A stretch of 64,000 bases of DNA, filler included, from Circinaria calcarea (GCA_051942165.1; 35 parts of 35 records of this genome joined end to end with filler, not necessarily neighbours in it), one strand, 5' to 3'; shown: positions 34,681-47,783, counted from the first letter of the whole stretch. Notes: a model not told the origin generated them from the letters alone. Numbers and translations: made by a program.

Positions 34681-34763
34681 GTAATTAAATTATTATTATT
34701 ATTATTAAAAGAAAAAAAGAGAAGAGAAGAGAAAGGGGTAAAAAAAAATTAAAAAATTAAATC

Positions 34764-34852
34764 TATTTTATTTTATTTTATTTTATTTTATTTTATTTTA
34801 TTTTATTTTATTTTATTTTATTTTATTTTATTTTATTTTATTTTATTTTATT
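34764..34852. repeat. (TTTTA)n microsatellite
   Basis: Directly visible, about 17 units. Confidence 0.95.
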
Positions 34853-36794
34853 CCACTTTATNNNNNNNNNNNNNNNNNNNNNNNNNNNNNNNNNNNNNNN
34901 NNNNNTTAATTAATTAANNNNNNNNNNNNNNNNNNNNNNNNNNNNNNNNNNNNNNNNNNNNTCGGGACACACTCGACAACTCATCCCTCTTGATGATGGC
35001 TGGCCTCGTGGAATTAATATGGAGGCATCCCCAGCGGGCTGCAGTAAGACCCGCACGGGAGACGAGACAACCTCCGTGAACGACCTCATCTTGTACCATA
35101 TACTTGGCGCGATCCTACTCCGTCATCCACCTCTCCATAGACTTTTTGTTTCATGACCTACTCACTTCTCTCAAAAGTCCTAGATGTCGCATATAGACAG
35201 TTATCTACGATCTCATTGCAACGGCTAATCTGAGATTGCTTTGTCTGCAGCAGAGATGTAGCTGCTTTGGCTTTTACGACGACGCGGACTTCGAGAACCA
35301 AGGAGGATGAGATTTCTATCCATGATGACTCAGTACTGATGGTGCGACTACCAGGTATCTTACCTTAGCTACCTTTTACCTGTTCGTGCCATGGTGCTAA
35401 TCTAGCGCGCTGGTTGTTGCCGAAGCGCGGACAACCTGGTTACGCCATCGGGTATTTTCAAGGGAGTGCCGTGCGTGTGCATACAGCCGCTCGCGCTGCA
35501 GATTGTGCGGAAACCATACTGGATCTGGTGTCCAGCTTACCGTATCCAACTCCGAGAGCTTTATACAAATTACAGGATCGAGCGATCAATTGCGATATTA
35601 CGCTGGTAGAGGAGTCTTTCGCCTCTCGAAACATGCATCTCGGTTGCCACGCCGAAGGGAGTTCGAGTGGAGAGATTCGCGCGTTCGCACTACCAGAGTC
35701 TAATGTACCAGTCATGTACAAGCATCCCACATGTCGGCAGCTCATCTGTCTAAGACCCGAAATCCCATTACCTTTTGTCGAAAGCGGTCAACCCCCTTAA
35801 GCTTTCCTACGTGTATGTAGACCTTGGCTATTTTCATGACACAGTCGCGAGCCATGCTATATTTTGCCATCAATCCAGGTGTCGGGACGTTTCATCTGCC
35901 GTTGCTGGCTTGTTTATGTTTCAAGATCTAAGTCAAAGTTCCGTGCAATCTGTTGGTCTCACTTTGATCATCTCATATCCACCTTAGCTCTTTTCCCTCC
36001 CTTGACACATAATGCACGGTCCACAAAGTACCTGGTACCATGCGCATTATGCACGACACACGTTGTGGCTTCCGCCGACGAATTATATTTGCTCGGCACC
36101 TGAATCTGGCTAACCCAGGGGCCGTCACTATATTAGGAGGTTTGCCACTCGACCCAAGCTCCATGATTCAGCAAGTGAAGTCATATGCATGCTCAATGCA
36201 ACAGTGATGACTAGGCAAACGCCTAAAGACTGTTTCAACGCTCGCTCTACCCCTGCTGCAATATCCAGCCAAAGCCTCAGTGACCTTGAAGCACGAAGCC
36301 GGGGAATTGGGGATTGAAGCTCAAAGATTGAAGCTCGGGCCATCAATATGACGAAGTGGCAAAGAGAGTCAAGGACTTGGACGTCTGCGGATACCAGAAT
36401 TATGTCGACTTACCTCATGGCTCTGCATGTACTGCCGTTTGCCGTGCTGCAGACAACATACAAGATGTCTCTGGTTCTAAAAGGATTTACCTTCGTAGTG
36501 CTCGATCTGGGTGACCAAGACTCATACTGTGAATCTACCAACTGTGGAGTGTTCTTTTTGCAAGTATGCTGTTCCATGCTGCTATTTTGCCAATCACCAA
36601 GGCTTTCTCATTAACCTCTAGTCGATATGTATCCCTTGACGACGATGACGAGCCACAGCAGTACGGACGGAAGTCATCGAGTCTTGCTGCTGAANNNNNN
36701 NNNNNNNNNNNNNNNNNNNNNNNNNNNNNNNNNNNNNNTTAATTAATTAANNNNNNNNNNNNNNNNNNNNNNNNNNNNNNNNNNNNNNNNNNNN

Positions 36795-37842
36795 TACAAA
36801 CCCATAGCTGAATCCCCAGTACTGGAGTTGCTCTTCACCTTTACGCCAGGCAGTGCGCTCTAGGATCCTTTGCTTGTTTTGCATGCTGCAACTAAAAGCG
36901 CTAAGGTGTGCAACTGTCTGTTTTTCCCTCCATTCGCCATGCCTCTCTATGATTTCTACCATATCACGGACAACATAGGCTGTACTGACGTAACTCCCAA
37001 GATGTTCCTTGTCACCGGCAGTTCCACCGACTCTAAGGGGATCAAAGGCCGAGCAGCTTTCTACGTAGGCACGATTCCGAGACCAGATCTTAGAGAGTAT
37101 CTTAGTGTCATTCAGGGCAAAGCCGATGGCCTCGTCTTGGGCTTCCCAAGCTTGACGGTTAAGATGGCTTGGAAAACAAGAAAAGCCCGGAGTTGTATTC
37201 TTGACTCCTCGAGGATCCCAGCTTAGCAAGTCAAAGTATTTGACATCACCATCTGGTAGAAGACGTTCCGCATGGACCATTTCTCTCGGATCGACTATCT
37301 TCCGAACAGAGTCCCCATATCTAAGCATAAACTGAACACCTGATCCACCTGGCCCGCCTACTCTTGTTAGTCCTTTTCAGGCGAAGACTTTGGTATAGGT
37401 CTACCTGGATTGAGCAGTATGACACCTCCGTATTTAGGATGGGAGACCGGGACAATAGCAGGTTTCTTGATGATAGCAATTGCAACAGTCGCACCATCCT
37501 CCACCTCTGTTGCATTCCAGTCCATAGGCATTTCAAGCCTAGCACATTGATAACCTTCGAAACAAGCATGATACTGGAGATCCTTGGATGGTTTTATCTA
37601 TACATGTGAGCTTCCTACCATAGCGGTACTTTAGACAAGAAAGGAAACTATACGTTTCCGAATTCGAAGGGAAGTTCCTGAGTCTTGTCAAGTCGCGGAG
37701 ATTGACCCTTCAATTGCAGGATCAATGTCAGGACGACAGCTGCCACGAGCCAAACAAGATATCTCTTATATGATATCGGGCGAGTTCTATCATTTCGATG
37801 TAAAAAATCAAGTTTTTGCTTCGAAACCTCTTGAGAAGCCAT
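36795..37842 (-). CDS. TAP-like (tripeptidyl aminopeptidase-type) alpha/beta hydrolase, multi-exon, 3'-partial
   Basis: N-terminal TM anchor; VPMDW, NP|GGPGGSGV, FDLLSWDPRGV..TTP, VSTAYVVRDM, LQYWGFSYG nucleophile motif. Confidence 0.85.
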
Positions 37843-38627
37843 AGTAAGGGTGAAGAGAGTATCAAATATTTATTTGTAGTAAAAGTTTCAAAGGCTATAT
37901 CACCTAAGAATAGAAACTGGATACGATGAAAACAGGCGATGTCAAACAGATATTGTGCGCAGATTGATTCTGACAGTGTTGTGTGAGCAACCCTTAGAGG
38001 AAGAAAGCCATGCTGTCGATGTCCACATAGGCGGTGTCGTTATTTAAGCCCATTTAAAGAGCTGTGCCGTATTCCAGTTTACCAGTACTACCTACCTTTT
38101 CTGTAAAGCACAAAGGAGGGGTTCGGAGATCGGATAAGCAAGACCTTTGCCGCTCCGGACCCAGAGCCTGCAGATATAGAACCACCAACAATGGAGCCGG
38201 TTTATGAGATTAGAACGAGTTTTTAATACCGTTTCAGCCTCAATTTGACTTGGCGTCGTCGTCCAAATAGACCAGAGAACTTCTTAGTGTTGCAGTACAA
38301 AAGATATGTATAAATATCTGAGGGGTATCACCAGTAATCACAACCCTTCCAACGCCTTCTCAACCAGAAGCGAAACCCCGACAACAATGGCCAATAGCAA
38401 CCCAAACCCTCCTCTACCAGTACCAAATTACCCCCTTAGGCCCCACCCTCACCTTTCTATCTCCCTACAAAAATCAAACCCTCCTCACTCTCCCTATAAC
38501 CCCCTCCACCATCTCGAGCAACCTCTCNNNNNNNNNNNNNNNNNNNNNNNNNNNNNNNNNNNNNNNNNNNNTTAATTAATTAANNNNNNNNNNNNNNNNN
38601 NNNNNNNNNNNNNNNNNNNNNNNNNNN

Positions 38628-39409
38628 ATCTTCCCTGTCCCCTCTTCAATGTCATCGGGAGCGCCCTCTAACCTCCTTCTCGCTGCCTCGGTCATAGCGA
38701 CATTCCTTAACTTAGCATCTGGACCTAGATCGATCTCATGCAGCTTTCCAAGAGCCGCCGGCTGGCGATGTAGTGCGAAGTCAGTAGAGCTGCCTCCATG
38801 CAAGAAACCTCCTAGGCCATTTCCATTAGTCAATAGATTTGTGTTGTCTTGACCTTGACGACGTTTAGCCAATTCGGAATCTATATAAGCCATCCTTACT
38901 ACGTTAGTTGCTGTATCAACAAGTAGGTTTGGCAGCAATTTCGGGGAGGCCTACATGTGCTTATCCACGTCTGCTACCTGCCCTGTTTGAGGCGCAAAGC
39001 GATTGACCACCATGTCTACATCCGCCAGAGTATCATCATTCTCGGGTAGTGTGCTGTTGGTCTCAAATTCCGAAGCCACTTCTTTAGAGGTGTTGCTTGC
39101 ATTTGAAAATTCGATGCCTCCTCTTCTCCGCTGTACAGCTCTGCGAAGGCGTAGCAATTCTGATAGTGGTAATGCCTTCTCGTTGGACTGTGTCTCCATC
39201 TCCTCACTAGCTCCACCATGACTGTCGACCAACTCATCTAGTGAAAGAGGTACCGTAGCTAAGGGCTCTGGCGAGAGCTCTGATCGGTCCTGTCCCTCGC
39301 CCTCGCTATCGTCATGTCGTCTTCGATAGAATTTCCGTCGCTTTGGCGGGCGAAATGCTTGGTTTAAGTTGACTGATTGATCTTCTTGGACGATTTCCGC
39401 AGACACCAT
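38628..39409 (-). CDS. Hep_59 / C9orf78 (Tls1-like) splicing-associated protein, 3'-partial; intron 38895..38954
   Basis: FRPPKRRKFYR, RRRGGIEFS, RFAPQTG...DVDKHM|MAYIDSEL, GKLHEIDLG. Confidence 0.75.
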
Positions 39410-39621
39410 ACCGCACTGAAATCCTGCTGACTTCAAGCTGTAGAGGTTAGATACTACTTTCGAGTTTTACAATATGGGTCTCTGATTAGTGACTAGTTAA
39501 GGTGAATACGAGACTAGCAACTATAAGCGAGTCCGAGGCTAGGCTGTCGACATCTTTTTATCCACTTGATTACCCTTAACACTCAACATCGGATAATGGG
39601 TTGATGTACATTTTTTCCAAC

Positions 39622-40360
39622 ATGGTCCTTGGAATTGAGCGCGTCAATGCGCGACGTCAACAACCCAACAGCCGAATCGTCTTCATCAAACCTCTCCCTG
39701 GACCCACTGAAGCTTTCGCACAAGATTTCCTCGAACGGGTCGCCGCCATATGCCACCCTATAATGAAGGCAAACCACCTTTCCGTCATGTCTCTCGAGGA
39801 ATACGAGCCCAACCCCGAGTTCATTGGTAGAAATTTTAATGCCGGTGAAGTCATTCAGCTTGTACTCAAGGCACCCTATACAGGCCACTGGATGAGCTTT
39901 AGAAGCGTTGTCATGGTTATGATGCACGAGTTGGCGCACTGTAAGCAGATGAACCACTCGGGGGCCTTTTGGAAAGTCCGCAATCAATTTGCTGGAGAGA
40001 TGAAGGATCTTTGGAATAAAGGATATACAGGCGATGGGTTCTGGAGCAGAGGCAAAACGCTGCTAAGTGGGCAATACGAACCCGTCAGGTCTACCGAGGC
40101 TGAAGCTCTCCCCCAGAGCTTATGTGGGGGAACATTTAGGAGTTCTCAAGGTAGAAAGAGGAAGCGAAAAGTCGAAAGGCTTCCAGTCAAGCAGACACTT
40201 TCGTACGCGGAAAGACAGCAGCGTAGGATTGCAAAGAAGTTTGGAACGAATGGGGTCACCCTAGGGCACGATGAGGACACCAGAGTAAAGTTGGAGAATG
40301 GGAAGAGACCGAAAGGGAAACCTAGGGTCGCTGGGAGCGCTAGAGGTCGAGAATTGAGGG
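39622..40360 (+). CDS. WLM (Wss1-like) metalloprotease, 3'-partial
   Basis: LERVAAI..PIM, LEEYEPN.EF.GRNFNAGE.IQLVL, HELAH zinc motif, HS.AFW. Confidence 0.9.
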
Positions 40361-40460
40361 NNNNNNNNNNNNNNNNNNNNNNNNNNNNNNNNNNNNNNNN
40401 NNNNTTAATTAATTAANNNNNNNNNNNNNNNNNNNNNNNNNNNNNNNNNNNNNNNNNNNN

Positions 40461-40977
40461 GATAAGGGGGGTTTTCTTTACCGGCGGTCTCCATGGCAGC
40501 AGCAGCAGCAGCAGTTGCGCGAGCGGTAGAGTCTTGAGGAGCCGGTCGCGGCTGGGACTCGGGCTCGGGCACGGGCTGGGGTTTCCAGTACGTGGCTATG
40601 ATCTCATAGGGCCTGGGGTTCGGGACGGGAACGTCTTCTTTTCCTGCTCCTGCTCCTTCTCCTTCTCCTTCTCCTTCTCCTTCTCCTTCTCCTTCGAAAC
40701 TGATGCCCAGGCCCTGGAGAACCTTCAGGGATGAGAAAGGGGGAAGAGTCGTGGATGATACAGGGGCTCCCGCAGGAGGGATGGGAGTATCACCGTCGGC
40801 GGAATCGAGCGTCTTCTTCTTCGGCGGCGGCTGCTTGGGTTTCGGCTCGGGTTTGGAGGGCTTGGAAGGTTTGGAAGGGTTGGGTCCCTTGGGGCCGGAG
40901 CCGAAAGGACGCCAGGGGTTGGGGTTGATGGGTGGTTCCCAGTCTTGCTGCGGTGCGGAGCTTGTCTTGAAATTCAT
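40461..40977 (-). CDS. Proline-rich hypothetical protein, 3'-partial
   Basis: AAACATG start and open frame to contig end; low complexity (EG repeats); no family recognised. Confidence 0.45.
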
Positions 40978-41407
40978 GTTTGCCCGTGTGTCTGTTGTGT
41001 CCGTTTTAGAAAGGGGGTATCTTGGGGGTTGGGATCAAGAAAGGATGAGGGTCTGGGATTGGTTCTGTTATTGAAGCGTATCAAGTGAGCAGCTGTTTGT
41101 AGACTGTAAGGTTGAAAAAAAACCTCTAGGTTTCTGTGGAGAGAGGAGTGAGATGGTTCCAGGGATGGTGAAGGATGAAGAACTGGGTATAGTTTAGAAC
41201 AATTTATATTGCCCAAGAGAAGTTTGCCCGATCCGTAAGTGCTCTTGTGGCATTGCATATATAGAGTCATACGGACGGTGATGATGTGATGAATATTATA
41301 TTCACTTCAATCAAAGAGACTAACACAAGTGGATACACTCCAAGCCACGAACACAAATACATAGCTCCAAAGGTACAAACGCCTCACCAGCCAGCTATGC
41401 TGTACAT

Positions 41408-42192
41408 TCATTTTCTGGCGCTAGAAAATGCTTCAAGCAATGTTTCGGCTTCTTCTGGCGTCACTGAATCCTCCAACATTTGATGGGCGCAATCAACAAC
41501 ATCAGAAGCTATACCCTGTTCGAAGAAGATACCTTCGCTAAAAGCAAGGCGAGTCAGGGCTATTAGGTACTTGTTTGCCCCCCCTGGAATCACTCGCAGC
41601 TTTTCTTGCATGTTAATAAGGCTAGAGTAGGCTGCTGTAAGGTGGTATAAGAGGCGAGTAGCTTGGTTGACAAGCTCAGCCCTACAAAATTCAAAGTCAG
41701 AACGTGCACAAGATAATTAACGAAAGCCCAATATAACAGCCTCAGGCATGCATCCGCTTTTGATCACCAAACAGATTGTGTTTGCGGTGGCTCGGATATA
41801 GAGCAAATAGCTCCTGGTAAAGGTCGATGGACAAAAGATGCAGTACCACTTTTACTCACAGGTGCACCACAGCTCTTTGCTATGAAACTGGATTCATTGT
41901 GACGAAAAATATGACATACCTATACTCGTGGCCATACTTGTATTGATACAAGGCATGCAATTCATCGTTCATAACACGCACCAGCCGACCTATTGCAAAA
42001 GGGTTCCTTGCTATCGCTTCGCCACCATGTTTGTTATCACAAATCTTCTCCATCAAGGCAAGAGCTTCTAGTCGCATCTCAGCAACCTCAACGGCGTCGT
42101 ACGGCTCTTCGCCTTCGGCAACTTTCGGTACTTCAATCAGCATCGCAGAGACCCTATCGATGACATGCATCTCCGATATTGACTGATCCGCT
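41408..42192 (-). CDS. Probable Rad26/ATRIP-like DNA damage checkpoint protein, C-terminus; intron 41682..41919
   Basis: AIGRLVRVMNDEL.ALY|ELVNQATRLLYHL...MQEKL..IPGG..KYLIALTRLAFSEG...AHQMLE..VTPEEAE; splice joins in frame; family assignment from memory of motifs. Confidence 0.55.
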
Positions 42193-42292
42193 NNNNNNNN
42201 NNNNNNNNNNNNNNNNNNNNNNNNNNNNNNNNNNNNTTAATTAATTAANNNNNNNNNNNNNNNNNNNNNNNNNNNNNNNNNNNNNNNNNNNN

Positions 42293-42589
42293 GACCATGA
42301 GCATTTCGCATGTCCATGGTGGGTCTGAAGGCTGGAGTTGGAAGCCTGCGGGATAGGTGATTTCGGGGTGGGGGGCTGTGATGTGCAGGTCGTGGAAAAG
42401 GGTACGGAGAGTGGAGATGTCATTAGTTGAACAGGCATGGAGGATTTGATCTCTGCAGGTTAGGCGTGGTTGGTTCAAAGGAGATTGTTGCGTTCCTTGA
42501 TTCGAGGCCGTTGCAGTGGGAGCTTGTGTTAATGCTGGTTCGGTGTTTCCAGCGGACTGGCTTCTTTTGAAGAAGGCTGAGAATTTCAT
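42293..42589 (-). CDS. Hypothetical protein N-terminus (possibly ankyrin-repeat protein)
   Basis: Open frame to contig end; ILHACSTNDISTLRTL resembles an ankyrin-like helix pair. Confidence 0.4.
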
Positions 42590-43767
42590 ATTGTTAGGAC
42601 ACTGAAGAGAATGTTCTGAAATGCCCTGAAATGAGGGACGGAGTCGAAGGGTTTAAATCTGGGCAGCGACCCTGTCCGATCAGAGCAAGATTCTGCTGGA
42701 GTCGCAAGGTAAGTTGAAAGACATGGGTGAGTTTCTACTACACGACCTGTTGGTGGAACCACTATTGCATTGAAGGTTGTTTAACTAGCTACGCTCTGCT
42801 GGCAGAGATATACTCTGCCACTATTACGCTAAGCCCTATTGGGTGCTATGACTATAGTCATAACACGTTAGCTATCAGGAATTTCAACTCCGTTAAGAAT
42901 TAGCTTTTTATACTTTCGGCCTGGTTTTCTTGCCTTCTTCGGGCCTTAGCTGTTTTTATGCTCCATGCTCCATGCCATATTGTGGAGCGACTTCCTTTTC
43001 CTTATGGTAGGGGAAAGAACGCTATTTTTGTAATATTAGACGAGGGGTTCCCGGCTGGAAAATAGAAATCATTCCACTCAAATTTTTTGGCAGTAGAAAA
43101 TCAGTGAACAAATCACGCACCGAGTAGCTATGATTTGCTGAATTCCTACGAAAGCTTTCTCAATACCTAGGCCATGTTATTAATTCATACCCTATACCAC
43201 ATTTTATTTTCATACCCTATGCTATGCTGCACGCTACACCTTAATACTAAGCTCCAAAGCATCCGTTATATGCTATGTTTTATGCTATCCCCGATTTCTA
43301 GCTCTATTCTATACTATACTATACTACATGCTACGCCTCATGCTATGCTATGCGATGCTATATGTTATGCTTCAAACTATACCTTACGCTCTACGCGTAC
43401 AGACAAACATAATATGTTTCAGGGCATTGCGCGCTCGAGCGCGTTACCAAATATATCTGGTCTGACGCATATAGCGTGGAAATAGCACTCGGTATATATG
43501 CGCAGATGGTGTATAATCGAGCTTTCTACGACCTTCCGTTACAAGGTAACCGCTGAAGGTCTAAAGAGGCAAAAATGCTAGGCCGAAAACACCAGCAGAA
43601 TTTTGCTCGGATCGGACCGGGTCGTTCCCAGATTTAAACCCTTTCTCTCGTATCTCGTTTCAGGGCATTTGTACGGAGTACATGTATTTGGAGAGGTCGC
43701 CAAATCAAGTGAGACCGAGACCGAGACTAGTAGCTTCAACCAATCGAACCCGTCGTTGCGTCCGAGG

Positions 43768-44012
43768 CTACAATTCCTCCGCCGCCTCAGCTACCATATT
43801 GTTCAACGGTCCCTGCTTGACCATCAGCGACATCACTTCGAACAGTACGTCCGCCGCAGCCATGGTCGTAAGCTCGGCGTTTGTATCATATGCGGGGGCA
43901 ACCTCGACGATATCCGCAGCGATCAAGTTGATACCTTCCAGCCCCCGGATGATAGTGCGCAGCTCACGCGTCGACCAGCCGCCCGTCTCCGGGGTTCCTG
44001 TTGCAGGGGCGA
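43768..44012 (-). CDS. Agmatinase/ureohydrolase (arginase family), last exon (absent from the ORF track)
   Basis: APATGTPETGGWSTRELRTIIRGLEGINLIAADIVEVAPAYDTNAELTTMAAADVLFEVMSLMVK...EEL-stop after a CAG acceptor. Confidence 0.92.
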
Positions 44013-44385
44013 CTGATATATCGNNNNNNNNNNNNNNNNNNNNNNNNNNNNNNNNNNNNNNNNNNNNTTAATTAATTAANNNNNNNNNNNNNNNNNNNNN
44101 NNNNNNNNNNNNNNNNNNNNNNNTGCTATTAATTTACAGGGTTCGGGCAAACAATCAATGCTGTTCAAAATTCAGAGTCGACAAAGCATCCCACCCGCCT
44201 GAGAAGTAAAAGCTATGGAACAAAAACAATTTCGATATTAGTTCCGCAACAGACTCATCGGTAAAACCATGCATGCTGGTATCTCCACACCTCTCTCTTT
44301 CGTTCCATCTCTCATATCTTGACTGACACCACGATATTGACACTGCGCGCAAGCTGTTTTGTGGTTCAGTCGGCCGACTAGATAT

Positions 44386-45534
44386 TTACGCGCCTTCGTC
44401 GTCTTCACCGACACGGAGGCTACCCTCCTTACTGAGACCATGAGCCCAGAAGCCATCAAGGGAGATTGATCTAGAAACGATTAGCGCGATACTGTTAGGA
44501 TATAGATGTAGGAATCTTACGAAGATGACAAGGAGTCATGAGTGAACAGCAACCAGAATCCAAAGACAGGCTTGGCAAGGACGTCAAGGACTGCATAGCC
44601 GATGATCTCACCGTCAACTCCGATGGTTCGGGAGCCGTCAGCAATGCCCCAGATGCTATTTGAAATTAGCGTGAAGTTTATAATACCAGAGTAGGCAAAC
44701 ATACATTGGGTAAATGGTCCACAGGATCAAAGTGAACCCACCGATAGCCATGTAAAAGGTGCCGGTCTTGGCGTCCTTCGATTGCGCCATGGCACGACCG
44801 TGGACAGCAAGCTGGTAGATAACCACGAGGTAGGCAAGACAAGCCATGGCATAATAACCCCATTTCTGTCCACCTTCGGCGCCAAAGGCAGCGAAGAGAC
44901 CAGTCAAGATCATGATAACGTCGGCGACAACGGCGACCAGAATGTTGGCACCGCTCAATCCTGCAAGGAAGGCAAGGTCCATAAGCAATAGCGGGGTGGT
45001 AACGCTCCAGTCGACATAACGAGCCCAATAGACTTCACGGTAGATATCCTGGGTGGTATCGGGAACATGCTTGTGGGATTCCTTGATGACGGTGTGGTGG
45101 AATGAGATACCATCACCTGTTGCCATGGCAAAGTAAGAGATTGCGGCGAAGGTGGTGATGAAAGCAGTCAAAATGTGGAAGAGGCGTTTTTGCTGTTTGC
45201 TGTTAGTGTTGATACAGAAAAATCAAGGTAAACAAATGGTACCTACAACGGGGACACGGAAAGCCATCGCGTAGAAAGCAATCGACGAAATGAGCATCAG
45301 GACGAAGACAACCCTAGCAAACATCAGAACACTGTTGTTCCCATAGCTCAATGACATTACCATAAGGTGCGATTGCCGACATCGCTGGCCTCTTGGTAGA
45401 TGGGAGTGCTGCCTGGGATGACTTTCTGCACGTTAGCAGCGTCGGGCCAGATCAGGCTCGGAGGGGAAATTACCAGTGGGAATAGGATTTACAGAGGTGG
45501 CAGCAGCCTTGACAGCCGCAAGAGGATCCATCAT
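44386..45534 (-). CDS. Fungal rhodopsin (Leptosphaeria/Neurospora opsin clade), complete, 5 introns (45422..45473, 45314..45360, 45193..45246, 44656..44704, 44471..44520)
   Basis: SYFAMATG, WARYVDWSVTTPLLLMD (helix C), YAVLDVLAKPVFG (Schiff-base Lys); all exons join in frame. Confidence 0.95.
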
Positions 45535-46635
45535 GGTGATGATGCTGATGTTGTTTGCTGATGTGGAGTTTGGTGGATTGGTAGAGACTGGGAAATGGAA
45601 GGGAGGTGAAGGAGAAAGAAGTACTGAGTGAGGAGAAAGCTCCTGTTCCAAGCTTGGCTACTAGCGTGGCCCTTAGCTAATTAGCGGGCAAGAAATCAAT
45701 GACGATTTATCCCCCGCGGCAGCCTAGGCAGAAGACGCTTTAACCAGAGGCGGTTTAGCGGACTGTGGGCCTCTGGTTCCTCGTGCCCGATCAGTCTAGG
45801 CGCTTCTCCGCCAACGAGATCTGGTCAAAGAGACAGACTGGGACAATCGGCATTNNNNNNNNNNNNNNNNNNNNNNNNNNNNNNNNNNNNNNNNNNNNTT
45901 AATTAATTAANNNNNNNNNNNNNNNNNNNNNNNNNNNNNNNNNNNNNNNNNNNNGTTCTCGCTGACTCAGGCGTCTCCAAGGAAAAGCAAAGCTGGAGAT
46001 TTGAAGGTTTTCGAGATTCGAGAATTGAGCCGCTTTTTGCGATTGCGAGAGAGGGAAGGGGAGGGGAATAAGAACCCCCCTTTCTTTGTTCCCAACTTCC
46101 CAACTTCTTTTCCCCTTTGTCGGATCTTCAGCGCTTTAGCATTCCAGACCCCAGAGGCTAGAGCTCGAAGCTACCCGAGGCGTTCGTGTTAGAGGGTCGA
46201 CTCACCGGTTCGCGAGTTCGCGGGTTCGGAGTTCAGAGTGGATAAGTAAGTCTGGGTAAAGTGAGCGAGAACTCAAGCCGACGGAAAAGGGCTTGGGAAT
46301 TGGGAATTTGGACATGGGGAGGGAGGGGGTGTAAGGACATGGCTCATGTTGTGCAAGGTAGTTGACGGTTGATGAAAGGTAGCCTGAGTGGGTTTAAATG
46401 GGACTGATGGTATTCATTGAGAAATGGAACTAGCTGCAACTTTTGATTATCCATACCGTCTATGCCGAAATCGTGGCATGGATAGATAAGATACAATCAA
46501 TACTCCGATAATGAAACACGCACAACTCTATCCATTGTTATCAACTACCCTCATCTGAAACGATCAACGGATACACCCCTCCTCATACTTTACGACCCGT
46601 CCTCCTAAAAGCATCATTCACCGCACAACTTTTAC

Positions 46636-47683
46636 TCAAGCAGCCGCAGCAGCATTAGCAGCATTAGCAGCCGCCCTTTCGGCAAAAGCCATTCCCGTCG
46701 TCGGTGCAACATCAACTCTCTCCTTGGCAAGGATATCTACCAACAGCGGGCTGGGACGACTATCACGCGTAGGCGAGAAAATCGCCTGGTTGTGCTTGTA
46801 TTTTTGTACACTGTCGAGGTAGGCATCGAATAGATAGGAAGAATCCAAGGGACCTCCACGAGCTTCAGGATGAAACTGTCGGTGGTGTAAGTCTGCTGAA
46901 TTGGGGTATTCGACCTGAAAGAAGGATTACGTACCTGTGTCGAAAAGATTGGCCGGCTCTTATGTATCATGCCTGGATCAAAGGGATTGGTCATTTGTTA
47001 GAAGTAAGAATAACAGTAGACGTACCTTCATTGCTCGAGTCGTTGAGGTTGACAAAATACTCTTTCCAGTCTTCAGGCAGGGTTGGAGTATCAACAGCAT
47101 ATCCATGGTTCTGACTGGTGATGTGGCAACGTCCGGTCGTCAAATCAAGAGCAGGGATATTGTGAGCACGGTTACTTGATCTCCATTAGTATGCGGTCTG
47201 GCTTTTAAAATATCACTGTACAACATACCCATATTTTAACTTGATGGTACGAGCTCCGGCAGCCAAAGCCAAAAGTTGATGGCCAAGGCATATTCCCATG
47301 ATAGGTATTTGTGAAGAATCCATAAGCTTCCGGAGGTGATATACAGTCTCTTGACAATGAGTTGGGTCTCCTAATGAGCTGTTAGTATACTCTACCTTCA
47401 AAAGCCAATCTCCACTTAGAAATCGAGAGCTTCAATCATCAACTCACCCGGTCCATTGCTGATAAAGACGCCATCAAAGTGGTGAGCAACCTAGACGATT
47501 GTCAGTATCATTCAACACCTAAGAATCCACCAGAAGATCCAGGGATTACTGGTACAAACCTTATGAATAGGATAATTGTATGGAAAAGCTGTAACTGATG
47601 CCCCACGACCAACCAAACTTCTAATGATGTTTTCCTTTACTCCGCAATCGATTACTGCAACATGCATATCTCCCTTATTGGAA
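46636..47683 (-). CDS. CPA1: Arginine-specific carbamoyl-phosphate synthase small subunit, 5'-partial, multi-intron
   Basis: [53 protein letters not shown] motifs. Confidence 0.95.
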
Positions 47684-47783
47684 NNNNNNNNNNNNNNNNN
47701 NNNNNNNNNNNNNNNNNNNNNNNNNNNTTAATTAATTAANNNNNNNNNNNNNNNNNNNNNNNNNNNNNNNNNNNNNNNNNNNN

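Noticed and set aside
34962..36694. Several 60-130 aa ORFs
   Set aside because: No motif, codon bias or consistent splice structure; left unannotated
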